Shown in pieces: positions 22,543 to 33,803 of a stretch of DNA of 64,000 nucleotides. The position numbers and the translations under genes were made by a program. The DNA lies in the IMG/VR virus record IMGVR_UViG_3300038466_000014; one strand, given 5' to 3'. How positions within the stretch are numbered: position 1 is the stretch's first letter; the number at the start of each line of letters is the position of its first letter. The DNA is from a virus. The notes under the pieces were generated by a model. That model saw nothing but the letters and a program-made list of their open reading frames with translations. It did no database searches and was not told where the DNA came from.

Positions 22543-23475
22543 CTATTCGTACTTTTTAATGAGTTGTTTCAAATCAGTTAATATGGAAACCGGTTTATCG
22601 TTTCTAAAAAGATCGTATAAAGAACCAAATTTCATTTTCAAACATTTTAATAACAATTCTTTTATTTCTTTTTCCCTCGGTCCGTATGGTAATTTTGTTT
22701 TACTATATAACTCTTCCAAATGTTTTTCTTTCGAATCAAAATATTCACATAGTTGAGCGGGAGTCCATTCTCCGTTTCGTATGGATTTTAATTGTTCGTT
22801 GTTTTTCTCAAGATCCAAATCACCAGTAGATAGGATTTGCTCACACTCACTTAACAGTCTTACCAAATTATACCCGAATTTGGTATCAAATCCATATTTA
22901 TCAATAATATCACGTCTTTTACCTATTGGATTTTTAGTAAGCATTTTTGCCTTCTGGCTATATGCATATCCTTTAAATTTATAATAAGAACCGGCATGTA
23001 AAAACATATGTCGGTTTTCACGTACCATCTTACCTATATCTGTACATTCAAGTATACATCTTTCCGGAACAAACAATGAATCTATCATATTCGGATTGTT
23101 ATCTCTTATTAGTCTAAAATATTTGATTATATTATAAATATCCATATCATATTCTTTATTATCATATTTTATATGGTGTTGTTGCCAATTTTCAAATTTT
23201 TCATAATTGTCATCAAATCCATGCAATACTCCATTCATATGCGGAAAAACAACCTCCATCTTAGGAATGCAAAATCCGTACACGTCAACGTCAGAACTAT
23301 CTCCGGAAACACCATAAGCAAAAGATCCCATGATAACCAGATATTCTGTAGCCAAACAATATTCAGGACAATTAATCACTTTTTGTTCATAAAGTTTATT
23401 CAATAATGTCATGCTTATTCCAGTTCTCATAAGGAATGAAAAATCCTTTTTTAGATATTTCAATCCATTTTTCAA
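22543..23475 (-). CDS. Pol-beta-superfamily nucleotidyltransferase (PF10127-like); true start probably downstream (MTLLNK)
   Basis: GS.AYG....SD.D, NPN.ID.LF, GYA.SQ, D.K..Y..VRL, IRNG. Confidence 0.88.
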   Translation of the reverse strand: MKNGLKYLKKDFSFLMRTGISMTLLNKLYEQKVINCPEYCLATEYLVIMGSFAYGVSGDSSDVDVYGFCIPKMEVVFPHMNGVLHGFDDNYEKFENWQQHHIKYDNKEYDMDIYNIIKYFRLIRDNNPNMIDSLFVPERCILECTDIGKMVRENRHMFLHAGSYYKFKGYAYSQKAKMLTKNPIGKRRDIIDKYGFDTKFGYNLVRLLSECEQILSTGDLDLEKNNEQLKSIRNGEWTPAQLCEYFDSKEKHLEELYSKTKLPYGPREKEIKELLLKCLKMKFGSLYDLFRNDKPVSILTDLKQLIKKYE

Positions 23476-24278
23476 TATATAATTCTTTGCACGTGATAGG
23501 CAGTTTTCTAAATCTTGATTTATTTCTTTTCAAAATCTCTTTATATTCGTTCTGCGGTTTGTAGTTTTTGTTGTCTGAATCTATAGTTACCCATAATTTA
23601 GATTTTGTCTCGATCGTTTTCTTTACATATAGTTTTCCATTTTCATCAACACCTGTAGAACAACAACTATCGCCATTATTTCTAAGAATAGATTCGTATT
23701 CTTCATATGATATAAAAATTGATTTATCAATAAAATAATGTCTTGGATACTTTTCTAACCATATACTCGTAAAACTTTTTTTATTGGTAAAATAAGAGTC
23801 ATATTCCTCCTGAATGTTTAAATCTATATCAATCGGATATGAAAACCAGTTTATAATTCCAATATACCGCATTACAAAAGATCCGTAATACTCTGAATTT
23901 ATTTTTAGTTATACACATTTTTCTTTTGTTCTAAGTATTTGGACTATGTGTATATCTTCATCGATATCAGGCCAGCATATTCTCTCATTTCCAATTATTC
24001 TATACGAAGTCAACTCTTGATCTGTCGCGTTTTCCAGCTTTTTGTATCCATCTCTTCTAAACGCCAATACAGACCCGTTTTCAAAATACACATATATCAT
24101 TGTATCATCAAACAATATCTTTATAACATCACATACCATTGTTATCGTTTCTAAATACTGGCGTTGTTCTGTATTTATTTCTATTATATTTTTCATCTCG
24201 ATACAAATCCTTATATATGCATATACATTATATATGCATAAAATGAACATAATTATACTGGTTGCATACTCGGGCATT

Positions 24279-24792
24279 TTATACGCCTTTCAAATTAATA
24301 TTTCTCGTCCTACAAAACGTCATAAGAGCCAACATACTACTATCTAACGGATCATACACATTCAAATCATTTATACCACCATTGTTCTGGTTGTACCCGC
24401 TAAAAGGATTCGAACCGCATGCGTACATCATCGATCCAACGTCTATAAAAGGAAATGGTGCCTCATTATTTCCTATAAATCCTCCACGTACCAGTTTTTC
24501 AAACATTGAAGTTTCCACGGGAAACGGACATAAACCAATCACAGTCACATCTTTTTTTTACTTAAGTAATATCTGGAAAAATCGAAAAGCATGTTCTGTA
24601 TCGTTCGTTCTCTCCCAATTTACCGAAATAGGGACAATATTTTCTTTTGCCCACGGACTTCGAATTTCGTCGGTTCCGCAAAAGAACCGTTTCTTTTCGA
24701 CTAATACATTATCTTTTAACATAAGCACATCCTATAGCAAATACGGGTCCAAATACGTTATCCGATTCCACCGCCACAGATAGTATATCCAT
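24279..24792 (-). pseudogene. exonuclease-like gene broken by two frameshifts
   Basis: MDILSVAVESDNVFGPVFAIG... / ...SPWAKENIVP... / ...CPFPVETSMF read in successive frames. Confidence 0.5.
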
Positions 24793-24866
24793 AATACCCC
24801 TTCAGTTTATTACCGTGTTCGTAATTTGGATTCGGTATATATGAAAAATTTTCCTTAATTATCCAA

Positions 24867-25358
24867 TTATTTCAAAATTGGCTTTCCAATTATAACCATA
24901 TTTTTACCTTTAATATCCAAATTAGTTGTAAACACTTTAAACCCTTCTTTTTCAGAAAGGCGGACTAAATGATTGACCCATCTACCAAATGCATCTTTTT
25001 GACAAACCATTTTATCAAACGGATACATATTAGGAAGGACACAACAAGGAACTATCATAAACGGAAGTCGCCTTCTCTTTGCTTCATAAATTATTAGATC
25101 TGTAGCCTCATCCGGATGCATTCCAACTAATAAGTCGAAATTGGTTTTTATATCCGAATTAAAAAATCTCTTTCTAAACTCTATTCCTTTTTTTCGTTGT
25201 TTACGATTACGCTTATCAAACGTAACCGATTTTATATCGTATTTAGCCAATTCAGCACTAAGATGTCCTTTACCTCCGGCTATGTCCGCAACCAACCGGA
25301 CATTCGGAAACCATTGTCGAATAAGATACGCAAATTTTCTAAATCTGGAGGCGTCCAT
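24867..25358 (-). CDS. SAM-dependent methyltransferase-like protein
   Basis: DIAGGKG motif I, VGMHPDEAT, VPCC. Confidence 0.8.
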   Translation of the reverse strand: MDASRFRKFAYLIRQWFPNVRLVADIAGGKGHLSAELAKYDIKSVTFDKRNRKQRKKGIEFRKRFFNSDIKTNFDLLVGMHPDEATDLIIYEAKRRRLPFMIVPCCVLPNMYPFDKMVCQKDAFGRWVNHLVRLSEKEGFKVFTTNLDIKGKNMVIIGKPILK

Positions 25359-26346
25359 TAAGATTGCGTGGATATATTATTACATGTCATTTGTCTGCCA
25401 GTAGGTCCTATAATCGCGCATCTGTATATATATGCTTTTACTCTCGGATCGTTTTTATTTGTAATTATCGTATTACAATAAACGCATCCAACGCAAGAGG
25501 ATTCATCGTTTTTAGCCGCCCTCCATTTTAACTCGTCTCTTTTGCGCATTTATTTCTCCGTCGGACTATGAAACGACACGCTCCGTCCAGGAATACGGTT
25601 CGGGATCTTCGTCTGGCATCGGCCACCAGACACGGACCCTCTCCCGTCTCACCAGTTTCATTCCACAATTCTTCGGATAGTTGTTATCATCGACAATAAT
25701 TCCTATACCAAACTTCTGATTGGATTTATCATCATCCATATACTCGAACAACACTTCCTTATTCGGAGCGGTTTTCGGATCATTACCTTGTCCATAAAGC
25801 GGTAGTATCTGCATGTAGTCGGATGAATGCACACATAACTCCTTGGATAATTTAGTCGTCCTTCAGGAACCCACCCTCCGGAAATAATTTTATCATACAT
25901 AACTTCAGGACATAATTCTTTTCTTTTGTCTGGTGATAAACAAATCTTTAGATCGTCAAAAAGAGAATTAAACGCCTTTCTTAAATCGGTAGTATTTATT
26001 GATGCTTTTAAATATGTAGAAAACATTCTATCGAACACTTCTACATTTCCGTTTTTATCATATGATACGTTAAGCTCGCTACTGAATAATCCTCCGAATT
26101 TATAAAACTTTGTTCCTGGCGGCGGTTGTAAATTATCTTTTAATATTTTAAAATATATCATTAAATAATGTTTACCGTCAGTTTTCATTTTAACGGTGTT
26201 AGATACTATCTTATGTCCTTTTTCCCAATCTTCTTGAGACATTGAAAGAATCCTATTTTCCACCTGTTTTCTCTGTGATTATAATATATAATACAAATTA
26301 CCATAAGAAACAGGATTCCCAATAATCCCATGAAAAACTTTCTATT

Positions 26347-26399
26347 ATGTAGATGGGTAGAACCCCCAGAGTTAATTCCGGTATTCTATCCATCTACAT
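26347..26399. repeat. 16-bp intergenic inverted repeat
   Basis: ATGTAGATGGGTAGAA/TTCTATCCATCTACAT (one G-T pair). Confidence 0.7.
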
Positions 26400-27013
26400 T
26401 GACAAGTTTTGGTTTCAGCTTCGCCTATACAATGAAAATCTATGAGTAAATTTTCTCACAGCTCGCTCGTATCAAACCCAAACACAAATTTACGAATCCT
26501 TTCGATTTCAACCCCATGGCACATCATACCATAGGTTTCCATACACTTCGGATATATCCTTTCGATAAACCGTTTGGATCTCTCCATTATAATCTTTATA
26601 ACATCATCTCCAGGATCTGCGTTGAAGAACAAAATAATTGCCCGATTGGGGTGTGGATTCGAATCGCATACCACGACATAGCGATCATCCACCACCGGGC
26701 GTGTATAACTATTGTTCTTAATCGGATCAGCTGCGGCAAATGTAAACGCATACGAGATGAGTCCGTCAGATGGGCGATAAAATGCAACGGAATTTTCTTT
26801 TATCCACGAATCAATAATCTCTTCACACTCGGGAACATCCCGTTCGCAAGAAATCGTAAAAGCCAACTCATTATCATCTTCCTCCCGGATACAATACTTT
26901 CCGAGAACACTCGCCGCAAATTCATCCAAAAACCTCCCCGGAATAATCGCACAATCGAAATCAACAACGACACAATGCTTACCCAAAAGTTCAAACATTT
27001 CATCCTCCCTTAT

Positions 27014-27505
27014 TTAGTCTACGATGGAAACAACCAACACATTTTCCCTCTTCGAGTTTTTGACTCTTGGAGTCCATATATCCACAGTGTTTTTTATATC
27101 TTTATGAGTAACATCTGATACGGTCCTTACGCCAAACCCTTCAATCCAAATTCTGCTTCCGAAGGGGAACAGTCCCAATAAATCCCGGCTAACCGCCACC
27201 TTACCAGAACCCACCTTTTCGTTAATAGCGGTTTTAGTATGGCTGCCGGATGTGTAAAACGTGATCTTAACCCTCGCGTGATGTGGTTGAATCTGATTCA
27301 GCCGTTCTGTAAGTCTGATAATCATCGCATAATTGGCGTCTATTTGGGTCTGATTATCATCTAAAGTAGTTTGAATATCATCGAGATTCTGTAAAACATC
27401 TTCCGTTCCCGATCCGATAGGATAAATTATAAAACAAATCAACCCTATAAAGGTAATCCCAAATACGCTTCCGTATAACCAATGTCTTATTTTTTTGTTT
27501 TTCAC
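27014..27505 (-). CDS. membrane-anchored 3D-domain (peptidoglycan-related) protein
   Basis: TM plus coiled coil, then T.Y, AVSRD, P.GS.IWI.G.G...V.D, VDIW. Confidence 0.8.
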   Translation of the reverse strand: MKNKKIRHWLYGSVFGITFIGLICFIIYPIGSGTEDVLQNLDDIQTTLDDNQTQIDANYAMIIRLTERLNQIQPHHARVKITFYTSGSHTKTAINEKVGSGKVAVSRDLLGLFPFGSRIWIEGFGVRTVSDVTHKDIKNTVDIWTPRVKNSKRENVLVVSIVD

Positions 27506-29694
27506 TCATTAATCCTTTCTCACGGAGAGGCAGCTTTAGTTTCAATAATCATTTTGTTGAGTTCATCCTTATACTCAACAGATAATGTTTTATCATATTT
27601 TATATATGTTTTAATCATTGATGTTGCCGATATCTTATCGGGAACAAATCCACCTATCAGGACTACTATAATAAGGACAATTATCCACGGTTTTGTTTTT
27701 TCAATCCATATTGATAGCGACAAATCGTTTGCTATGCACCATAATCCGATAACAGACATACCTAAAAAGGAAAGCGTCAGATACGCAACCATAAACGTCT
27801 CAAAGTATGTGATCACGTCGATGTTGCCGCACAAATAAAGCAAAATCACTTCTTTGATGTTTTTGTCTCCCTTTTAATATACTCTGAAAAATTACTTCTA
27901 TAACAGTATGTTTTTAGAAATCCAGCTTTTAATTTTTCGTAACACCCATCACATAAATCTATTTCATAATAATCCGGATCGTGGTCTACTCCGTTATATA
28001 CCCGGTCAAGATCTATCCTCCTTGTAATAGCGGCATTTATACATCCAGGATAATCACACCTGATAACTGTATGTTTCAACCTATTCGGTCCTTTCTCTGA
28101 AAAGTTCGTCCACGCTAATTCCTTTCCATCGTATCAATTTATATGGTTGCTCTTCATAAACAAAAACCGCCATCCTGAATTTTTTATAAAATCGTTTGGA
28201 TATAAACCACCTAAAGTAGTCACCAAAGTTTCTAATGTTATACTTTGTTCTTATATAAAGACCAATTGAATACTCATCGAAATATTCGAATCTATAATCA
28301 ACGTTTAAAAGTTTAAGTAGGGATGTATATCTGTCATATAGTTTCAAAGTCTTTCCAAACGAATAGCGTGTATAATCAAATCTAAGCTCTACTTCATAAT
28401 ATCTGAAATCATCATATTCGCTTATAAAGCTACTATTAAGATTATAAGTAGCGATGAACAAATCCATTGTTTTTATAAATTGTTGTATAACACATTTAAA
28501 ATACGATAAATCTACAACATGATATCCGTTACTGACAAATTTTATATACGACAAATTAGAATCGTAAGACTGCCAATCAATAAGAATACTCTTACAAATA
28601 CGAAGAAATCTTATATCTGGAACAATATTTCCAAACGGATCACAACATAGTTTCGTTTTTGATAAAAACTCATATTTTAAATCGTAATGTTTCATCATAT
28701 CTTCTTCGTTATCATATTCTATTTCATTTAACTCTTCATGTATATCAATAGGACCGAGGTGTTTTATTTTAAACTTTTCAATCTTATCCATTATATCAGT
28801 ATCTGAATCCCGCAACCATTCTTTAAACCACTCGGAGTATAATTCCGGAAGGGTGCATACAGACGTTCTTATCTCTTTCGTTTTCTTATCCATATTTTCA
28901 GTTAAACATCTACCATCTGTATATATCTGTACATTCGCTGTCAATTCAGTGACCGCGTTATTGGTTCCATACTTATAAAGTCCTACCGGTTGAAATGAGA
29001 TATAAAATAAGTCTTTATGACCAAATTCGAATATCTCGTTTCTATGGAGAGGTAAAAGTTCATTTTCCATTTTTTACCTTTGAATAATTTTTTCCTCTGT
29101 GGTGTGGACTGATATGTCGCTCGAATATTTACCTGTTCATACAAAATTCTTTTTCATCTCCAAATTGAATATACCTTATATCATTTGGATCTATTCTATC
29201 ATACATCCGCCATGATCCTCTCGCATATGATAGTTCGTGCTACATCATACGTTTCTCCGGCAATACTCCGATAACAAAGATTGATTTTATATCCTGAATC
29301 TGTTTTAAGGATTTCAGCCATATCAAACACTTCGTCATCGGAATCGCACCTGTCTGTCGCTGGTTGATTTTCCATATATACGACACCTTCCTCTTTAGTA
29401 TTAAATTCCATTAAGGCTTGGTCGGATGCGAGAACCAGAATCCGTGAGTATCCAATCTTCCAACTGTTTGTTTTAATTTTAAATAATCTATCAAACGCCT
29501 CTTCTGGAGTTGATACATCATCCAACTGTGGAATCGTCCATGCTTTTACAGCTCCCACTTTTATAAGATTATCTTTTATCGGTATTTCTTTCAGTACAAG
29601 AACCATGAATACTCCGAGTAATAAAAACAAATTAATGTTTTAAACCACATATAATCATACGTCCATAATGGTGAAGTATGATTAATCTGCTATT

Positions 29695-29709
29695 ATTTAA
29701 TATATATAA
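29695..29709 (-). promoter_or_regulatory. motif A at the strand-switch point, with hairpin 29652-29684 downstream
   Basis: exact match; heads the minus-strand arm. Confidence 0.7.
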
Positions 29710-29781
29710 TAAAAAATTTGTTTTGTAAAAAAATCTATGTAAAAAACATAGAAAATAACCACATTTTTTCAAAAACAAATC

Positions 29782-29796
29782 AGGACAAATTTTAAA
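29782..29796 (+). promoter_or_regulatory. recurrent motif B (AGGACAAATTTTAAA)
   Basis: identical 15-mer at 29782, 33578, 41229 and 45496, all intergenic and upstream of plus-strand genes. Confidence 0.75.
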
Positions 29797-29866
29797 AAGG
29801 GGATAGATACACCCTTAAACCAACAAAAAACATTAACTTTTTAAATGAGTATAGGAGGGGTTTATA

Positions 29867-32848
29867 ATGACCCAACTTAAGGAATGGTTGAATAAAAGAT
29901 TAAGACCTACGTATATTGATAACATCGATCTCGATACAATTGCTTCGTCTGACAGATCTGTTGTTATAGCCCCGGAGGGGTACGGTAAGAGCAGAAATAT
30001 AATCAGTGATATGAAAAAAGATAAGAGTAAATATTTCGTGTTTTCGACTCACACAAAAGTCAACGCCTTGGAAAAATCCCTTGTATGCGGTGAAAACGCC
30101 TTTCACGTAAAATCCGATTCAGAACTGTTTGTGAACATGGTTTCATATATATCTTCATCTATGGGAGAATTGCTTTCAAAAACAGATAGTTATACCCAGA
30201 ATTATTATATCGATCTGTTTATGTTCTCCTGTAAACCCAACAACCCCGAATCTCTGATAGATCTCAAAGAATGGACCGACAAAAAATATAAAGAATATAT
30301 ATACAACAACGCTACACACTTCGATAATAAAAACGGATTCTACGAATATAATTTTGCAGTGTACGGAAAACTTCTCAAACAATTATCAAAACTCAAAGAT
30401 AAAACATATTATTTGTTTGTTAAAAAAGTATTTACAAAAGAAGAACTATTGTCCGATAAGACAGAACTTATAGAGAATTTCAAGAACCTTATCATTAATG
30501 ATCCTTATATGGAAAACAAAGCGTGTTATACTAATTATACGGATAAAATCTCTTTCGGATATGACTCGTGCTATATCACTAAGAAAAACAGAGCGTGGCT
30601 CTCAGCACAAAAAACCCTAAGAGATAATACAATAAAACAATTTGTTTTAAATGCACAGTCTGGTATAGAATCACCTATCAATATTCTCGTAAGTCAAAAC
30701 AGAACAACGGATAATTATATAGCTCCGGCATTTAAAAAAGTAGATGTTAAATATAATAAATGTACACTTATTCATGACGAGATCATGGCCGATGCGTTTA
30801 TTCAGGTAACAACGTCAGACATCAATAGAGTCATCGATATAGTCAAACGTGTAAAGGAAAGCAAAGATAAAGTTATATCTTATAAAGACGAAAGATTCAT
30901 AAAAGATCTTGGATACACCAAAGAATTTAAAAGACTCATGAAATCAGATGATAATGATGTTGATATTTTAAATATCCATAATCCACAACCGTCTATTCCT
31001 ATGGTAAAAGGATTCGAGTGGAAAAACGTTTCTTTTTCCGGAGAAACAGAACTGGCTTTAAGATTCAGACCATTTTCTAAAATAATTTGTTTGACATCGG
31101 AATATCTTCAGGCTGTTAACATGAGAATGCTCGGATTCAAAGTGTATGAGTGTCAAGCGGACTACAGGTTTAAAGATGATAACCTTAATATATGTATATC
31201 ATCGTCAAATACAAAAACCAAAGTAATAACCTCCGACGAAACAGATAAATCTAATATTACCAATATGATAAATAATTGTAGACTGAATAAGTCTTTTACT
31301 TTCGGAGTATCCTCTTATGGCACCCAGATGAATATGGATAATTGCAAAGGTTTAAATATCGATTTTTCAAACTACGAAAAAATTGTATGTGTTAAGAATC
31401 CGACGCATAAAAGTTTCTATACACATAATATTAAAAATTTTGTTGCTCTCGCGCATAACAGAGGTCTAAAAATATGCAAGAGTGATATTGAAAATATAAT
31501 AAATTGTTCAGTAGTGGACCAGATAAACCAGTTGTTTGGAAGATTTTCAGGATATAGAAATGTGGATATTCCTAAATATTTTCTTATTCACGATAAGGAT
31601 TCACTCGTTATGGCAAACATTAATAATTTTAGATACTCCGGTGTAAGTAAGAACTTTGATGATATTTACGAGTATTTATCAAACCCTCCGGAAAAGAACG
31701 ATTTGGAAGAAGAAATTATCGTAGATGATCTTTTTATAAGAGAAGAAGAGATCAAAGTTATCGAAAAAACCGCTGACAAAATAGAACTGACTGTTTTACC
31801 TGAAAGTGAGACGAAAGAGATAAAAGCTCTTAGAAGTGAAATGATTAGGAACTCGTCCCGGAAAAAATACGCCCGACTTGTCAACAGGGTTTATAACGCT
31901 ACTAATGTAAATCCTCCCAGATTCACACATGATATTTCTATCCAAGCGGAAGACACTCCGGACTTTTTAAAAGACGCATTATTCGTCCTAAACAAAGGAT
32001 TAAACGAATTACATTCGTTTGACAGGAAGACAGCCAAATTTCACGATCTCGTATCGAATCTTTACTATGAACGAAACGATATGTTTAACCTTAATTTAGA
32101 AGAAGATTTCATATATTACGAATGTAAACGTACCGGAAGAATGAAACAGAGATTATCGGGTTCCGGATTCGAAAAGATATACAACAATAGTTTCTTAAGA
32201 AATGTTAAAAAGGCAAACAAGGAAAAATCCATAGAAAAAGTATTATCGGATCCTAAACTAATCGAACGTTATAAAGAAGTACAGAAGGTTAGATTCAAAA
32301 AGGACTATTTCCTTGCATGGATAGAATATTACGTCACCAGAGGGAAATGTCCAAAACGGGATATATTAATAAACGGAAATGCATATATTAAAAAGCACGG
32401 ACTGAATGTGGAGAGCATGGAAGAGTTAAGATTGTTCATGGTGAAGTTTATGCAAAATACGCTTAGAATGAAGACGAACAGTAAAATATTCAGTATTCAT
32501 CCAAAGGACAATTTAGATTATATGACCAGCAAAAGAATTTCTCCGTCATCGCCAAGAGACAGTAAAAAGTATACCTTTATATATAGAGAGTTATCAAAGG
32601 CTAAATTCCTGGAAAACGGTATGGTCAAAAAATACAACGCAATCAAAAAACAACAAAATTATCTCGATATGCTTACACGTCTAAGAAAAAATACTTTTTT
32701 CAACCTTTCCAGAAAAAACGGATACCTTGATATAGCGCATGCTGATAATAGAATTCCGTTTATATGTATGCCTATAAACTTAGAGAATAAAAATTATTCC
32801 GAGGAGGCCATAGAGCGGGCTTCCTATAAAAAGGTATATAGTCACTAA
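29867..32848 (+). CDS. 993-aa divergent SF2 helicase-like protein, possible origin-binding protein
   Basis: motif I APEGYGKS, Ia VFSTHT, II LIHDE, III CLTS, VI QLFGRFSGYR; long basic C-terminal domain. Confidence 0.6.
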   Translation: MTQLKEWLNKRLRPTYIDNIDLDTIASSDRSVVIAPEGYGKSRNIISDMKKDKSKYFVFSTHTKVNALEKSLVCGENAFHVKSDSELFVNMVSYISSSMGELLSKTDSYTQNYYIDLFMFSCKPNNPESLIDLKEWTDKKYKEYIYNNATHFDNKNGFYEYNFAVYGKLLKQLSKLKDKTYYLFVKKVFTKEELLSDKTELIENFKNLIINDPYMENKACYTNYTDKISFGYDSCYITKKNRAWLSAQKTLRDNTIKQFVLNAQSGIESPINILVSQNRTTDNYIAPAFKKVDVKYNKCTLIHDEIMADAFIQVTTSDINRVIDIVKRVKESKDKVISYKDERFIKDLGYTKEFKRLMKSDDNDVDILNIHNPQPSIPMVKGFEWKNVSFSGETELALRFRPFSKIICLTSEYLQAVNMRMLGFKVYECQADYRFKDDNLNICISSSNTKTKVITSDETDKSNITNMINNCRLNKSFTFGVSSYGTQMNMDNCKGLNIDFSNYEKIVCVKNPTHKSFYTHNIKNFVALAHNRGLKICKSDIENIINCSVVDQINQLFGRFSGYRNVDIPKYFLIHDKDSLVMANINNFRYSGVSKNFDDIYEYLSNPPEKNDLEEEIIVDDLFIREEEIKVIEKTADKIELTVLPESETKEIKALRSEMIRNSSRKKYARLVNRVYNATNVNPPRFTHDISIQAEDTPDFLKDALFVLNKGLNELHSFDRKTAKFHDLVSNLYYERNDMFNLNLEEDFIYYECKRTGRMKQRLSGSGFEKIYNNSFLRNVKKANKEKSIEKVLSDPKLIERYKEVQKVRFKKDYFLAWIEYYVTRGKCPKRDILINGNAYIKKHGLNVESMEELRLFMVKFMQNTLRMKTNSKIFSIHPKDNLDYMTSKRISPSSPRDSKKYTFIYRELSKAKFLENGMVKKYNAIKKQQNYLDMLTRLRKNTFFNLSRKNGYLDIAHADNRIPFICMPINLENKNYSEEAIERASYKKVYSH

Positions 32849-33631
32849 TAATGTAAATTAATTTTAATATAGATTCATATTTTTATTTCCCAATAAAGGA
32901 CGGGAATTTCCTTAAGAAATTCCGTCTGTCTTTCATTACCAGCATCCAGCATCCAGAAGATCTTTTAACGAAGTTTGTTTAAAAATTAGCCCTGAATGGT
33001 AAAAAAATGATGTCTGGTATTACCCAAAAAACCGGAAAATCCGGTGGTTTTTTGACCCAAAAAAGAGTCAAAATACCGGGATTTATGGAAGACAATGATT
33101 TTCATAAATGGTTAATATTGTTGAATATAATCTGATCTTAAGGGTACTATTGTAATAGTAATACATATGGAAACTCTTCCGGCAGTCAAAATTTATCAAG
33201 ACGATTTAAGTTTATAACGATCCTGAATGGTGGTTCGGAATATAATTCCTCACAACCATTCAGTACATAAAACCCAAACTTCTATTTTTTTGATGTTTAT
33301 ATCTGTTTATTCCAAAATATCCATTCAGGAAATAAAAGAATTTAAGCGCCCCGTATTTTAGAAAATAAGTATGAAATACTTTCTAATTATTTAGCAAGGG
33401 GCGCAACTACCAAAATTACTTTTTTATTTCTACTTATTTTTTTATCTTATCCATTCAGAAAGATTATTTATCTTTTCTCTTACGCGAAAAGATAACTTAC
33501 TGGATACTTATTAAATAACCATTGAAAAAAAATCTACGATATTAGTGAAAATCCGGATGAAATTCAGAAAGTAAACCAGGACAAATTTTAAATGGAGTAG
33601 TAAGCATGGTTCTTTATAACCCACTGGTAGA
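32849..33631. other. about 780-bp non-coding region with five CTGAATGG repeats, many hairpins and an AT-rich tract; candidate replication origin or structured RNA
   Basis: CTGAATGG at 32992 and 33223; CCATTCAG at 33256, 33321 and 33451; at least 8 inverted repeats. Confidence 0.55.
33578..33592 (+). promoter_or_regulatory. motif B
   Basis: exact AGGACAAATTTTAAA. Confidence 0.75.
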
Positions 33632-33803
33632 ATGTGCGAGGACGATATGGAAAATAGTGTTGTGTATTTCGAAGTGCCTATAGACGAATATGAAGAAGTT
33701 GAGCTTAGGCGGCAATTGAAAAACAGTGGATTCGATTTTTCATTTAGTATATACGAGGTGGAAACATTAACTGTAGAACCACAGGAAGAGGAGTATTTGT
33801 CAA

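Noticed and set aside
33223-33530. CRISPR mini-array suggested by the 65-bp spacing of CCATTCAG
   Set aside because: The conserved core is only about 8 bp, occurs in both orientations, and no cas gene is recognisable.
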